DNA from: an uncultured Candidatus Saccharibacteria bacterium | GTDB lineage: Bacteria; Patescibacteriota; Minisyncoccia; Phycocordibacterales; UBA6899 | Direction: 5' to 3' | NCBI GenBank assembly: GCA_964386905.1 | Contig: CAYLUP010000001.1 | Span: 19,905-83,904 of the forward strand | Length of the DNA stretch: 64,000 nucleotides | Shown: in pieces, positions 39,865 through 48,134 of the stretch | Numbering within the stretch: the stretch's first letter is position 1 | Layout of the letters: the number at the start of each line of letters is the position of its first letter | Notes under the pieces: model-generated | Seen by the model: the letters and a program-made list of their open reading frames with translations, nothing else | Told to the model about the DNA's origin: nothing | The model's database searches: none | Program-made: the position numbers and the translations under genes

Positions 39865-40386
39865 TTATAATTGCTCTGTGACAGCGTACTTTCTCTGAAG
39901 TCCAATTTTGACTCCTCGGCGTCGCGCTTTCTCAACGAGCAGTTCGGTAGATACGCTATTATTGACCTGAAAAGCGTACACCTCTCCAACCGCACCAATC
40001 TGCCGAATGCGATTTGCAGTATACATTTCTTCTGAAACTTCATCGCCTGATGGAAGTTCAAAGAAATGTTCTGGACGCACCTTCTTTAATACCCTCAAGG
40101 CGCCTTCGAGATTATCTATCTCCTTTTTCGTCACAGGAGGGACACAAAGGTGCTTGCGATAGTAACGAATGTAGCTCTCGAGACCTGCGGGGATATAGAC
40201 TTTGACATGACCTCCAGTTGGGTCATAGCGTAACGCTTCTGTGAGCGCATAATAGTCGACTCCCGTGGAACCACCAGTCACTATACCATCGCCACGAATC
40301 AGTGCGCGGCGGACTTGAGCGCGAACATCTGCTTCGACGTTTACCGTCTTCAGCCGCCACGCTCCCGTGAACAGTATCCATTTCAT
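39865..40386 (-). CDS. SLOG (DprA/LOG-like) superfamily protein, paralog 1
   Basis: MKWILFTGA...GIVTGGSTGVD...VYAFQVNNSVST. Confidence 0.7.
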   Translation of the reverse strand: MKWILFTGAWRLKTVNVEADVRAQVRRALIRGDGIVTGGSTGVDYYALTEALRYDPTGGHVKVYIPAGLESYIRYYRKHLCVPPVTKKEIDNLEGALRVLKKVRPEHFFELPSGDEVSEEMYTANRIRQIGAVGEVYAFQVNNSVSTELLVEKARRRGVKIGLQRKYAVTEQL

Positions 40387-40488
40387 AAGTCTGCTTGTTA
40401 AACTACTAATGTGTGTTACTTGTAATTCTATATTTATTACACCTGATAGTGCGTATTCTTTCAATCACAGTGCGTCCACTTCGGAGCA

Positions 40489-40614
40489 TGTGGATAATTA
40501 TTGGGTTGCTGGTGACGAAGGAAAGGGGATATTTTGAAGAAAAAAATAAAATCTTCGTGCATTATGCACAGACCTGTGGATAACTCGCGTGACAGTGTCG
40601 AATAGTGTGTATAG
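40489..40614. promoter_or_regulatory. DnaA-box cluster
   Basis: TGTGGATAA at 40489 and 40575; TTATGCACA at 40562; TGTGTATAG at 40606. Confidence 0.55.
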
Positions 40615-40663
40615 AGAATTTAGGGGGATGAAATGAATACTAGTGGAGAGTGGATGGTGGATG

Positions 40664-40855
40664 GTGGATAGGAAGAAGAGAATGGGGGATAGGGGATAGA
40701 GAATGGTAAGAAAAGTTTCTAGTTGAAAGAAAATGCATTGTCATTGTGAAGACGACCTGTACTCGGGTCGTCTGTGGCAATCCAGGACGATGTTGGTATT
40801 TCGTATGAACTAAAACTAAAACTCATACTAAAACTACTCTTGGCAATCCAGGACT
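40664..40855 (+). repeat. Dispersed repeat copy 2 with REP/RPE-like core
   Basis: Shares GTGGATAGGAAGAAGAGAAT, AATGGTAAGAAAAGTTTCT, the 58-bp core and TGAACTAAAACT...TTGGCAATC with copy 1. Confidence 0.85.
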
Positions 40856-40995
40856 CTATTGGCGTAATCATCTACTGGCTTTTCCGCCTGCAATGTGCTA
40901 TAAATGTATGGCTCGAAAGAGTAAAAAGCGAATAGCGAATAGCGAATAGAGTTTGTTGCATTTTCTATTCTCTATCCTCAATTCTCCATTCTCAA

Positions 40996-41145
40996 AATTC
41001 ATTACCAGATCGTCTAAAGGTAAGAATGGCCTTTCAGGCACCAGGCATTCTTGCCCGAAAATGTCTCGCCACCGCGAGCCAGTTCAACTCGAGCAATCAC
41101 TGCGTTCTTGCTCTTACGGGTAGGAAAGAGGCAAGCCTCTGTCTG
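40996..41145 (+). repeat. tRNA-Gln-derived structured element (duplicated tRNA 5' end plus hairpin insert)
   Basis: AATTCATTACCAGATCGTCTAAAGGTA identical at 40996 and 41190. Confidence 0.8.
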
Positions 41146-41196
41146 TCGTTTGTGTGTTGTGCTGTGTGGGGAATATTGTTCGAAAATATAATTCAT

Positions 41197-41267
41197 TACC
41201 AGATCGTCTAAAGGTAGGACAGAGGCCTTTGAAGCCTTTAATCTAGGTTCGATTCCTAGTCTGGTAA
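41197..41267 (+). tRNA. tRNA-Gln(TTG), CCA not encoded
   Basis: TACCAGA/TCTGGTA acceptor stem; GAGGC-CT TTG AA-GCCTT; CTAGG-TTCGATT-CCTAG; terminator at 41271-41307. Confidence 0.93.
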
Positions 41268-41422
41268 CAAATACAAAAAAAGATACGTAAGTATCTTTTT
41301 TTTGTATTCAAATAGGTTGTGATCAAAAAACTTTTCACATGTCATTGACTCCATTACATATTTCCATTAGTCTTGAAAAAGGTTGTTCAACTATTCACCA
41401 TACCCTGGAGGCTCGTGTGAGC

Positions 41423-41668
41423 ATGAAGAAGTTCGCCCTTGCAGTGCTGTGCTTTACTGTCATATCGCTTGCAATAATGTTTGGCATCGCTTTTGCGATG
41501 GGGAAGTTCATGGTACCGCCTTCTTCACTCAATGCATTCGTGACGAAATATCTCGGCGCGTATGGTCCGCTTATTATCTACATCACGCTGTCGACGCTTG
41601 GTTCTGGTTTTGCATTTCTTGTGACCAAGAAGCTCTTTCGCCCAAAAATGGTTAAAAAAGAAGCATAA
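41423..41668 (+). CDS. Small two-TM hypothetical protein
   Basis: TTGACT-17-TAGTCT promoter; GGAGG SD (GTG 41417 or ATG 41423 start). Confidence 0.7.
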   Translation: MKKFALAVLCFTVISLAIMFGIAFAMGKFMVPPSSLNAFVTKYLGAYGPLIIYITLSTLGSGFAFLVTKKLFRPKMVKKEA

Positions 41669-41784
41669 ATACACATGGGGCAATGCCCATTTTGTTTGAT
41701 GTTTTCGAATTGCCATCCTCATGTAGATAGCTTATGTGCTAAAGAAGCTAGTGTTTCAAACAAAAACACCCAATCGGGTGCTTT

Positions 41785-43038
41785 TTATTTCTTCCTCTTG
41801 TCTTCTTTCAATACAAACACATCATCTCCAGCTTTGAGTGTCTTTCCAACTTTGATCGCGACACGATCTCCCTGAACTGCTTTTTTGACTTGCTTGTGGT
41901 CTTTTTCCATTGACACAATGCTTTCTTCGTAACTTCCTGTTGAACTTCCTTGATAAATAAGTGTATCTCCAGTCTTGATGGGAGTGTCTCCCTGGACGGT
42001 GATTTCTGCAACTTGGATATTTTTGTAGAACTTTATGACTTTACCAACGTGTACCTTTTTCTGCTTTGCTTCATTTCCGCCGGTCTTTGTCCATTCATTG
42101 ATTGGCTTTCCGAGGAAAAAACCTGAACTTTGTCCGCGATGATACACCGTGTCGAGTTCTGCATTGAGTGTTTCTTTGAGTCGCGAGAGTTCCTCTTTGA
42201 ATGTTTTGTCGTGCTTTTTTGCTGCGTAGATAAAATCGACAATCTTGCGATATGCAGAAACGACATGCGCGACGTACTCTGGGCTGCGATTGCGTCCTTC
42301 AATCTTCAGACAGTCAACATCTGCTTCGAGAATCTGGTCAATAAAATCTATTGTTCGAAGATCTTTTGGGCTCATGACGTAGTCTGTGCCCAAGAGAAGC
42401 TCTGCGTCTCCGTCGGCTTGTTTGATGAGGTACTGTCTTCTGCATGGCTGTGTACACTCTCCGCGATTTGCGGATTTTCCACAGGTAAATTGTGACATAA
42501 AACAGCGTCCAGACATGGATACACACATCGCACCATGAATAAAGATCTCAATCTGTGCTTTGGTTTCTTTCCGAATCTGTTTAATCTGCTCAAGGGAACA
42601 TTCACGGGCGAGGACAACACGCGTTGCTCCGAGTTTCTTGTAGAAGTTTGCCGCCGTGCTATTTGCAATACTTGCTTGTGTACTGATGTGAAATTCAAGC
42701 TTGTGTTTCTTTGCAAGTTCAATGACAGCGAGGTCCCAACAGATAACCGCAGTAATGCCAGCTGCTTTGACTTTTTGTAACAATGCATCAACCTTCTTTA
42801 CCTCATTGTTGTAAATAATAATATTCAGCGTGAGATAGGTTTTAATCTTTGCCTCATTCGCAATGCGTGCAATTTTCTTTAAATCACCAACAGTAAAGTT
42901 CTTGGCATTGGCGCGCATATTGAATCCTTGGATTCCAAAAAATACTGCGTCCGCACCACTGTTAATCGCAGCGGTTAAGGATGTCCAGTCTTGAATTGGA
43001 GCAAGAATTTCTGGCTTCTTTTTTATGTTGATTTTCAT
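41785..43038 (-). CDS. U32 family protein (TrhP/RlhA-like RNA hydroxylation)
   Basis: HISTQ, RVVLARE, HGAMCVSMSGRC, NRGECTQPCR and KIEGR. Confidence 0.93.
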   Translation of the reverse strand: MKINIKKKPEILAPIQDWTSLTAAINSGADAVFFGIQGFNMRANAKNFTVGDLKKIARIANEAKIKTYLTLNIIIYNNEVKKVDALLQKVKAAGITAVICWDLAVIELAKKHKLEFHISTQASIANSTAANFYKKLGATRVVLARECSLEQIKQIRKETKAQIEIFIHGAMCVSMSGRCFMSQFTCGKSANRGECTQPCRRQYLIKQADGDAELLLGTDYVMSPKDLRTIDFIDQILEADVDCLKIEGRNRSPEYVAHVVSAYRKIVDFIYAAKKHDKTFKEELSRLKETLNAELDTVYHRGQSSGFFLGKPINEWTKTGGNEAKQKKVHVGKVIKFYKNIQVAEITVQGDTPIKTGDTLIYQGSSTGSYEESIVSMEKDHKQVKKAVQGDRVAIKVGKTLKAGDDVFVLKEDKRKK

Positions 43039-43148
43039 ACAATATGGGTATTGTATCGCATATGAAATATCTGTGTATATGGTGCCTTTCTTTTGTGTGT
43101 GTCACAAAGTGGGGCACTGTTTGTTTTGTCTGTATATTCCATACGCTT

Positions 43149-43613
43149 ATGAATAAAAACACATATATTACCATCGCAATCGTGTGCGTTTTTGCAGTGG
43201 CTCTTACGGGTATTTTCTTATACGCAAAACGGAGCGCAGCTCCTGTGCCCCCAGTCGTTGAGACGGGGGAGGAAGGAGTGCTTGCTGCCTATACGGATGA
43301 GAGCTGGAAAACCATGATACCAGAATCATGCCTATCGTATTATGATGGGTGTAATACCTGTACGCGAGTCAAAGGACAAGCATCTGCGTCTTGTACAGAG
43401 AGGTATTGCACTGTGTACAGCAAACCACGATGTCTTGATCAAGATTCCGGTCCTTATACTAGTGAGAGCTGGAAGACCATTATTGATCAGAACTGCCGGA
43501 CGTTTAATGATGGATGCAATACCTGTACGCGCATGGACGATGGGGGTGCGGCATGTACGCGGATGATGTGTCAAGCATATGCTCGCCCAGAATGTCTTGA
43601 TGCAAAGGGATAA
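43149..43613 (+). CDS. Membrane-anchored protein with two pacifastin-like Cys repeats
   Basis: N-terminal TM; two repeats YTxESWKTxI...C...DGCNTCTR...CTxxxC...PxCLD. Confidence 0.75.
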   Translation: MNKNTYITIAIVCVFAVALTGIFLYAKRSAAPVPPVVETGEEGVLAAYTDESWKTMIPESCLSYYDGCNTCTRVKGQASASCTERYCTVYSKPRCLDQDSGPYTSESWKTIIDQNCRTFNDGCNTCTRMDDGGAACTRMMCQAYARPECLDAKG

Positions 43614-43713
43614 GAAAAACCAGAAGCATGTACTTCTGGTTTTTATGTTGTGCACTTGCTAGGGCTGAACGAGGTGATTACATAGATCATTTCTAACTTA
43701 TTCAGTCGCTGAA

Positions 43714-44355
43714 TTATGAGGTGCGAGTTTTTTGAAAAAAGGCTTTGAGTGGGTATATTAGAATGGTTATTCCTGCTTGCAATATGATGCCATACAGGAT
43801 AAGGAGCGTTGCCTGGAGAGCGATAGTGGTGAGCGGGTGAATGTCAAAAAAAAGAAGGGGGAGAACGATAACCCAAGCGTGTTTGAGATCCTGATATGAT
43901 GGACCGAGCATCGCACCAATATTCAAAAGGAGAAAAAGAATAATTCCACTGATGACTGAGAATGAAAGCGTTGAATAAAAGGCTAGTGCATGATGGATGA
44001 GGACAACGAGCGATTCAAAATGGAGAGAGAGCGGCGGAACGGTGGAAAGAATTGCTGTGTGGAAAAATGAGAGAATAGAGAGGCAGACAATAAAAGGAGC
44101 CAGTGCGATAAGCGCATTTCCGATGAACGGCAGTTTTGATGGTGTATGTGTGACATGTGGCTGTGGCGGGCGGATTGAAAATTCAGTTACTTTAGCCCCT
44201 GTGAGTACTGCTATACACGCGTGAGCTGTTTCATGTATTAATGCTCCGAGGATATAGGAATATCGTGTGAAAGGGGAGTTGAGATATTTCCAGTTGATCC
44301 AGTTGCTTACGTATGCGAGAGCAGAAAGCAGAAGAATGGCGATTCCCGTGGTCAT
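43714..44355 (-). CDS. M50-like membrane metallopeptidase
   Basis: HETAH within a TM segment; LAP and PSYQD motifs. Confidence 0.75.
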   Translation of the reverse strand: MTTGIAILLLSALAYVSNWINWKYLNSPFTRYSYILGALIHETAHACIAVLTGAKVTEFSIRPPQPHVTHTPSKLPFIGNALIALAPFIVCLSILSFFHTAILSTVPPLSLHFESLVVLIHHALAFYSTLSFSVISGIILFLLLNIGAMLGPSYQDLKHAWVIVLPLLFFDIHPLTTIALQATLLILYGIILQAGITILIYPLKAFFQKTRTS

Positions 44356-44419
44356 TGCTTTAAGAGTATCATATTTTTCTATCTTGAGTATTTGAAAGAT
44401 TTCTTTATAATACGGTCAT

Positions 44420-44800
44420 ATGGAACAGCGTATGACAGAGGCCAAAAGGTTTTCACTTGTTCGTCGCATGCAGAGTTTTGTTCATGCTGGAAGAGGATTG
44501 AATATTTTTCTAAGAACAACACATAATGCGTGGATTCAAATTCTTTGCTTTTTGGGGGTTATAATTCTCGGTATTGTGTTAAACATCGCGCGTATTGATT
44601 GGATTGCACTTCTTCTCATCGGTGTAATCGTTCTTGTTGCAGAAATCATCAATACAGCTATTGAGATTGATATCAATCTGACCTCTCCCGAGTATCATCC
44701 ATATGCACGAGACACAAAAGATGTCGCTGCGGCTGCTGTTCTGGTCGCGTCGATATTTGCATTGGTTGTTGGATTGTTTGTCTTTGCCCCATACTTGTAA
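44420..44800 (+). CDS. dgkA: Diacylglycerol/undecaprenol kinase
   Basis: AEIINTAIE and KDVAAAAVL. Confidence 0.9.
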   Translation: MEQRMTEAKRFSLVRRMQSFVHAGRGLNIFLRTTHNAWIQILCFLGVIILGIVLNIARIDWIALLLIGVIVLVAEIINTAIEIDINLTSPEYHPYARDTKDVAAAAVLVASIFALVVGLFVFAPYL

Positions 44801-44826
44801 AAAAGTCCCCAGAGGGGGGACTTTTT

Positions 44827-45030
44827 CTATCGTGTCTTGAAGCGGCCGCGGTAGAGCTGTGCACGATCAATGCGATCGTCTTCGCGATCTTCATCCGCAA
44901 GGCGCTGCCGTTCCGAAAAAGGGTCTTTGATCCCTTGTTCTACCTGCTCAGGAGTGAGCATGCGAATATTCGGGTCGACACCAACGAGCTTTTTATACAG
45001 AGTCACGCGATCTTCAGGGATGAGTGTCAT
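44827..45030 (-). CDS. Small hypothetical protein
   Basis: AAAGGTG SD; ends at terminator AAAAAGTCCCC/GGGGACTTTTT; similar to the neighbour's C-terminus. Confidence 0.65.
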   Translation of the reverse strand: MTLIPEDRVTLYKKLVGVDPNIRMLTPEQVEQGIKDPFSERQRLADEDREDDRIDRAQLYRGRFKTR

Positions 45031-45087
45031 TATAGCCACCTTTCTTTCTCTGTGCGTATCATAGGGGGATTTTAATTTTTTTGCAAG

Positions 45088-45417
45088 TTACGCCCCATGT
45101 TCATGTGCACGTGCCGCAGCATTCTCCTCGCTAATCATCCTTCGAATTCTTTGTTCTTCTGCTAATGGGTTACGCAATGCGTGCAAAAGGCTTTCTTTGG
45201 TTCCGTCTGTATAATATGTTGACCGATAGCCTAGCACCCGAAGATATTCTCTTTCAAGTTGTTCAGTCGTCATATTTTCGAAGGAAGTGATGGGTGTTAC
45301 ATCTGTCTCTTCTCTGGAAGGCGAAAGAAGATGGGGAATTTCATTTTCTCCAACTGATTTATCTTCCGTACGAAATAAGGGAAGATCTGACCATTCAGAA
45401 TCTGGTTGCATTTCCAT
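45088..45417 (-). CDS. Small hypothetical protein
   Basis: ATG 6 nt after TGTTATGAT; acidic N-terminus, helical C-terminus. Confidence 0.65.
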   Translation of the reverse strand: MEMQPDSEWSDLPLFRTEDKSVGENEIPHLLSPSREETDVTPITSFENMTTEQLEREYLRVLGYRSTYYTDGTKESLLHALRNPLAEEQRIRRMISEENAAARAHEHGA

Positions 45418-45485
45418 TCTTGTATCATAACAAAAGGAGATATTTGCACAATACGCAGATGTGCATTTTGTGGTACGATAATTAT

Positions 45486-45959
45486 ATGACATATGAACGA
45501 CCAGATTGGGATACATATTTTATGAATATTTGTGACGTTGTTGGCACACGTTCAACATGCGATCGAGGAAGAGTTGGTGCCGTTGTTGTTCGAGATAATC
45601 ATGTTCTCTCAATGGGATATGCAGGCGCACCTCGCGGACTTGTTTCGTGCGATGATGCCGGGCATGAAATGCACACCGTCACCCACGCAGATGGTAATAT
45701 GACACACCACTGTATTCGCACCACACACGCAGAGCAAAATGCTATCGTGCAAGCAGCGCGCGTCGGTGTGTCGCTTGAGGGGTCAACGGTATATGTGCGC
45801 ATGACACCATGCTACACGTGTGCGAAGATGATTGTGAATGTTGGAATTCGACGTGTGGTAGTGAGACAAGAGTATCAAGCAAGTGCACGCACAAAAGAAA
45901 TTTTTCGTGATGCTGGAATTGAATTAGTTATCCTTGATCAGCAGGTTGCACAATATTAA
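45486..45959 (+). CDS. dCMP deaminase (ComEB-like)
   Basis: RPDWDTYFM, RSTC, HAEQNA and PCYTC. Confidence 0.95.
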   Translation: MTYERPDWDTYFMNICDVVGTRSTCDRGRVGAVVVRDNHVLSMGYAGAPRGLVSCDDAGHEMHTVTHADGNMTHHCIRTTHAEQNAIVQAARVGVSLEGSTVYVRMTPCYTCAKMIVNVGIRRVVVRQEYQASARTKEIFRDAGIELVILDQQVAQY

Positions 45960-45982
45960 ACGCCCCATCTCTGGGGCGTATT

Positions 45983-46840
45983 TTATGCGTGTGCTCTAGC
46001 GAGAAGTGGACTGAGCTTTTCTGCTAAATATCCACTTGTGATTTTTGATTTTTTTATCGGGTGATGTTCTGGTGTCCCGTAGGAAAGTACTCTTCCACAT
46101 GGAGACAGTATCCAATCTTTTTCTTCGTGAACTTCCTTGATCAGTTTTACAAGGCAAAGGTGGTTCAATGGAAGAGATTCGTTGGGGTGAGCAATAATAC
46201 CAATGAAATTGTGGTATTCGAAAATGATTACGCATGGAGAGCGTCTTTCAAAGACGAGATTGTGCACTGCGTGAAGTTGGCTATGCTCACTATGAGCAAT
46301 GCGTCCGCATGGAGTGAAGACAATTTTTTTTAAATCACGTTCGAGCGCCGATTGTTTCTTCAAGAGGAGCGGATATCCTTCGAGGATTGGAGCCACGCAA
46401 GACAAGAGGTCCCGACAATTTTTTGTATAGACAAGTTTTAGGCTTTCAAACACACTAAAAATATTTGTCAGATGACCTATGGTTGCAACATCTTTCGGTG
46501 CATGTTGGAACAGTTGCCTGGCTGGGTCCACGTGAGGAAGTTCTGCATCAAGGAACTGTGCGAGTGGAAGGTATATGCGTCTTTCATCCTTCGGTGCAAG
46601 CGACTCAAGTATATCTGTGAGCCCTTGATAGCAAGTTCCAAGTTCTTGAAAGTGGTTTTTTCGGGTATCATATTGAAAGAGCTTTCCAATAAAAATGTCA
46701 CCCTTTTTGAAATCGTTTCCTTTCCATGAGAATGTGTGGGTTTTGATGGCCGCAATGCGCGCTGCCTCAGAATAACGGCGAAGTGCCCAGAGTGCCGCAA
46801 TTGCAGAAAGGGAAGGGTTGCTTTCAAGAAAGATGTTCAT
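45983..46840 (-). CDS. Hypothetical protein, possibly a degenerate DHH/MYG1-like fold
   Basis: AGGAG SD; N-terminal ESNPSLSAIAALWALRRY. Confidence 0.6.
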   Translation of the reverse strand: MNIFLESNPSLSAIAALWALRRYSEAARIAAIKTHTFSWKGNDFKKGDIFIGKLFQYDTRKNHFQELGTCYQGLTDILESLAPKDERRIYLPLAQFLDAELPHVDPARQLFQHAPKDVATIGHLTNIFSVFESLKLVYTKNCRDLLSCVAPILEGYPLLLKKQSALERDLKKIVFTPCGRIAHSEHSQLHAVHNLVFERRSPCVIIFEYHNFIGIIAHPNESLPLNHLCLVKLIKEVHEEKDWILSPCGRVLSYGTPEHHPIKKSKITSGYLAEKLSPLLARAHA

Positions 46841-46935
46841 GTGACTCCTATAGATGAGAAGAGCAGGCTGATAATGATTTAACAATATTTGACATCATTT
46901 GTCAATAAAAACTCGCCCAAAAAATGGGCGAGGAA

Positions 46936-47019
46936 TTACTTAAACGGGCAAGAGCCACAGTTTGTGCAATTGCTGCACGTTGTTGGACGGCCGTTTGTAG
47001 CCTTTCCTTTGGTGCACAT
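46936..47019 (-). CDS. Unannotated 27-aa Cys-rich peptide
   Basis: MCTKGKATNGRPTTCSNCTNCGSCPFK; GGAGG SD; TTGCGC-17-CATACT promoter; terminator CTCGCCCA/TGGGCGAG. Confidence 0.7.
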   Translation of the reverse strand: MCTKGKATNGRPTTCSNCTNCGSCPFK

Positions 47020-47102
47020 GGGTACCTCCGTGTTGAAGTATGTCAAAAAAAACCTTTTTGCGCAACAGGACTTGTGTAGTTGACAAATATTTTGTTTCCT
47101 AT

Positions 47103-47128
47103 ATCATTCAAATATGCATTTGAATGAT
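47103..47128. promoter_or_regulatory. Probable ArsR/SmtB operator
   Basis: ATCATTCAAAT-atgc-ATTTGAATGAT overlaps the -10 and start codon of the ArsR gene. Confidence 0.7.
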
Positions 47129-47395
47129 TTGTCAAAAAAGATGCGGGTCGTGAGCGATGAAAGCCGTCTTCGTATCCTTTGTACGTTATTTCGTGAGGAT
47201 TATATTTGTGTATCAGATATTGCTGGAAAGAGCGATATGTCTGTCGCAACGACATCGCACCATCTTCAAGTGCTCCAAGACGAGGGTGTGCTCGAATCAA
47301 AGCGTGACGGAAAGCGAATATGCTATACGCTCGTAAATGATGCTTTCGTGCATGACCTTCGAACATTAATATGTAAATATCATCATATCTCATAA
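47114..47395 (+). CDS. ArsR/SmtB family transcriptional regulator
   Basis: DESRLRIL, CVSDI, TSHHLQVL and RDGKRICY. Confidence 0.93.
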   Translation: MHLNDLSKKMRVVSDESRLRILCTLFREDYICVSDIAGKSDMSVATTSHHLQVLQDEGVLESKRDGKRICYTLVNDAFVHDLRTLICKYHHIS

Positions 47396-47399
47396 ATTT

Positions 47400-47645
47400 A
47401 TGACTACACCTACACACACAGTAACTGTATATTCGACACCGACCTGTCCATATTGCGTCTATGCAAAAGAGTATTTTACTCAGAATAATATTCCATTCAA
47501 AGATGTTGACGTGAGCAAGGATCGCACAGCAGCAATGGAGATGATTCAAAAAAGCGGTCAAATGGGAGTGCCCGTTATTGATATTGACGGACACATTACT
47601 GTTGGATTCCGCCCAGACGTCTTTGCACAACAGTTAGGAATATAA
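47400..47645 (+). CDS. Glutaredoxin-like protein (NrdH/YruB)
   Basis: YSTPTCPYC and SGQMGVPVIDI. Confidence 0.93.
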   Translation: MTTPTHTVTVYSTPTCPYCVYAKEYFTQNNIPFKDVDVSKDRTAAMEMIQKSGQMGVPVIDIDGHITVGFRPDVFAQQLGI

Positions 47646-47692
47646 CAGCATTGATATGCTGTTTTTTCTTGTATTATGCTATACTTTTGTAT

Positions 47693-48103
47693 ATGGAAGA
47701 ATGGAACAAAGCTTTCCGCGTGTGGGTTGAGCGCATACGCATTGCGCCAGATATGTCACTTCGGACGTATGTGATTTCTCTGTCGTGTCTTGGTGTGATT
47801 TTGAGTGGATATACTGGATACATTGTTGCTCGCATTCAAAGTGCCGATGAACATGTTCGCCTTGTGGGTTTTGACTCGTTTACGCCGTGGACGTCAGCAG
47901 AAATGGCGTATGCACGAGGAAATATAGCTGCGCTTGGAGAAGCAGGTGCCAAAGAATTTGTTGCATCGTATGGTGGAAAAGTCTATTATCATAAAACATG
48001 CAAAGGCGTTTCTCGTATTAAAGAGGAAAATCGCGTTTGGTTTTCCGCCGCAGCTGTTGCTGAGATGAGTGGGTATACGCGAGCAAAAAATTGCTCCTGG
48101 TAG
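47693..48103 (+). CDS. Membrane-anchored protein with Ada-like metal-binding C-terminal domain
   Basis: TM, then FVAS..GKVYY..TC....RIKEENRVWF....AE.SGY..AKNC. Confidence 0.75.
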   Translation: MEEWNKAFRVWVERIRIAPDMSLRTYVISLSCLGVILSGYTGYIVARIQSADEHVRLVGFDSFTPWTSAEMAYARGNIAALGEAGAKEFVASYGGKVYYHKTCKGVSRIKEENRVWFSAAAVAEMSGYTRAKNCSW

Positions 48104-48134
48104 ATTTAGTGTTTAATGATGATATACTCGCCAT

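Noticed and set aside
35335-40855. Composite transposon bounded by the two direct repeats
   Set aside because: The enclosed segment contains rplU and no transposase; independent insertions are more likely.
40465-41000. Replication origin
   Set aside because: Only about four DnaA boxes, no adjacent dnaA/dnaN, no clear unwinding element; skew cannot be judged from this window.
40996-41145. Intron-containing second tRNA-Gln
   Set aside because: After the insert there is no anticodon loop, T-arm or 3' acceptor strand, so splicing could not give a tRNA.
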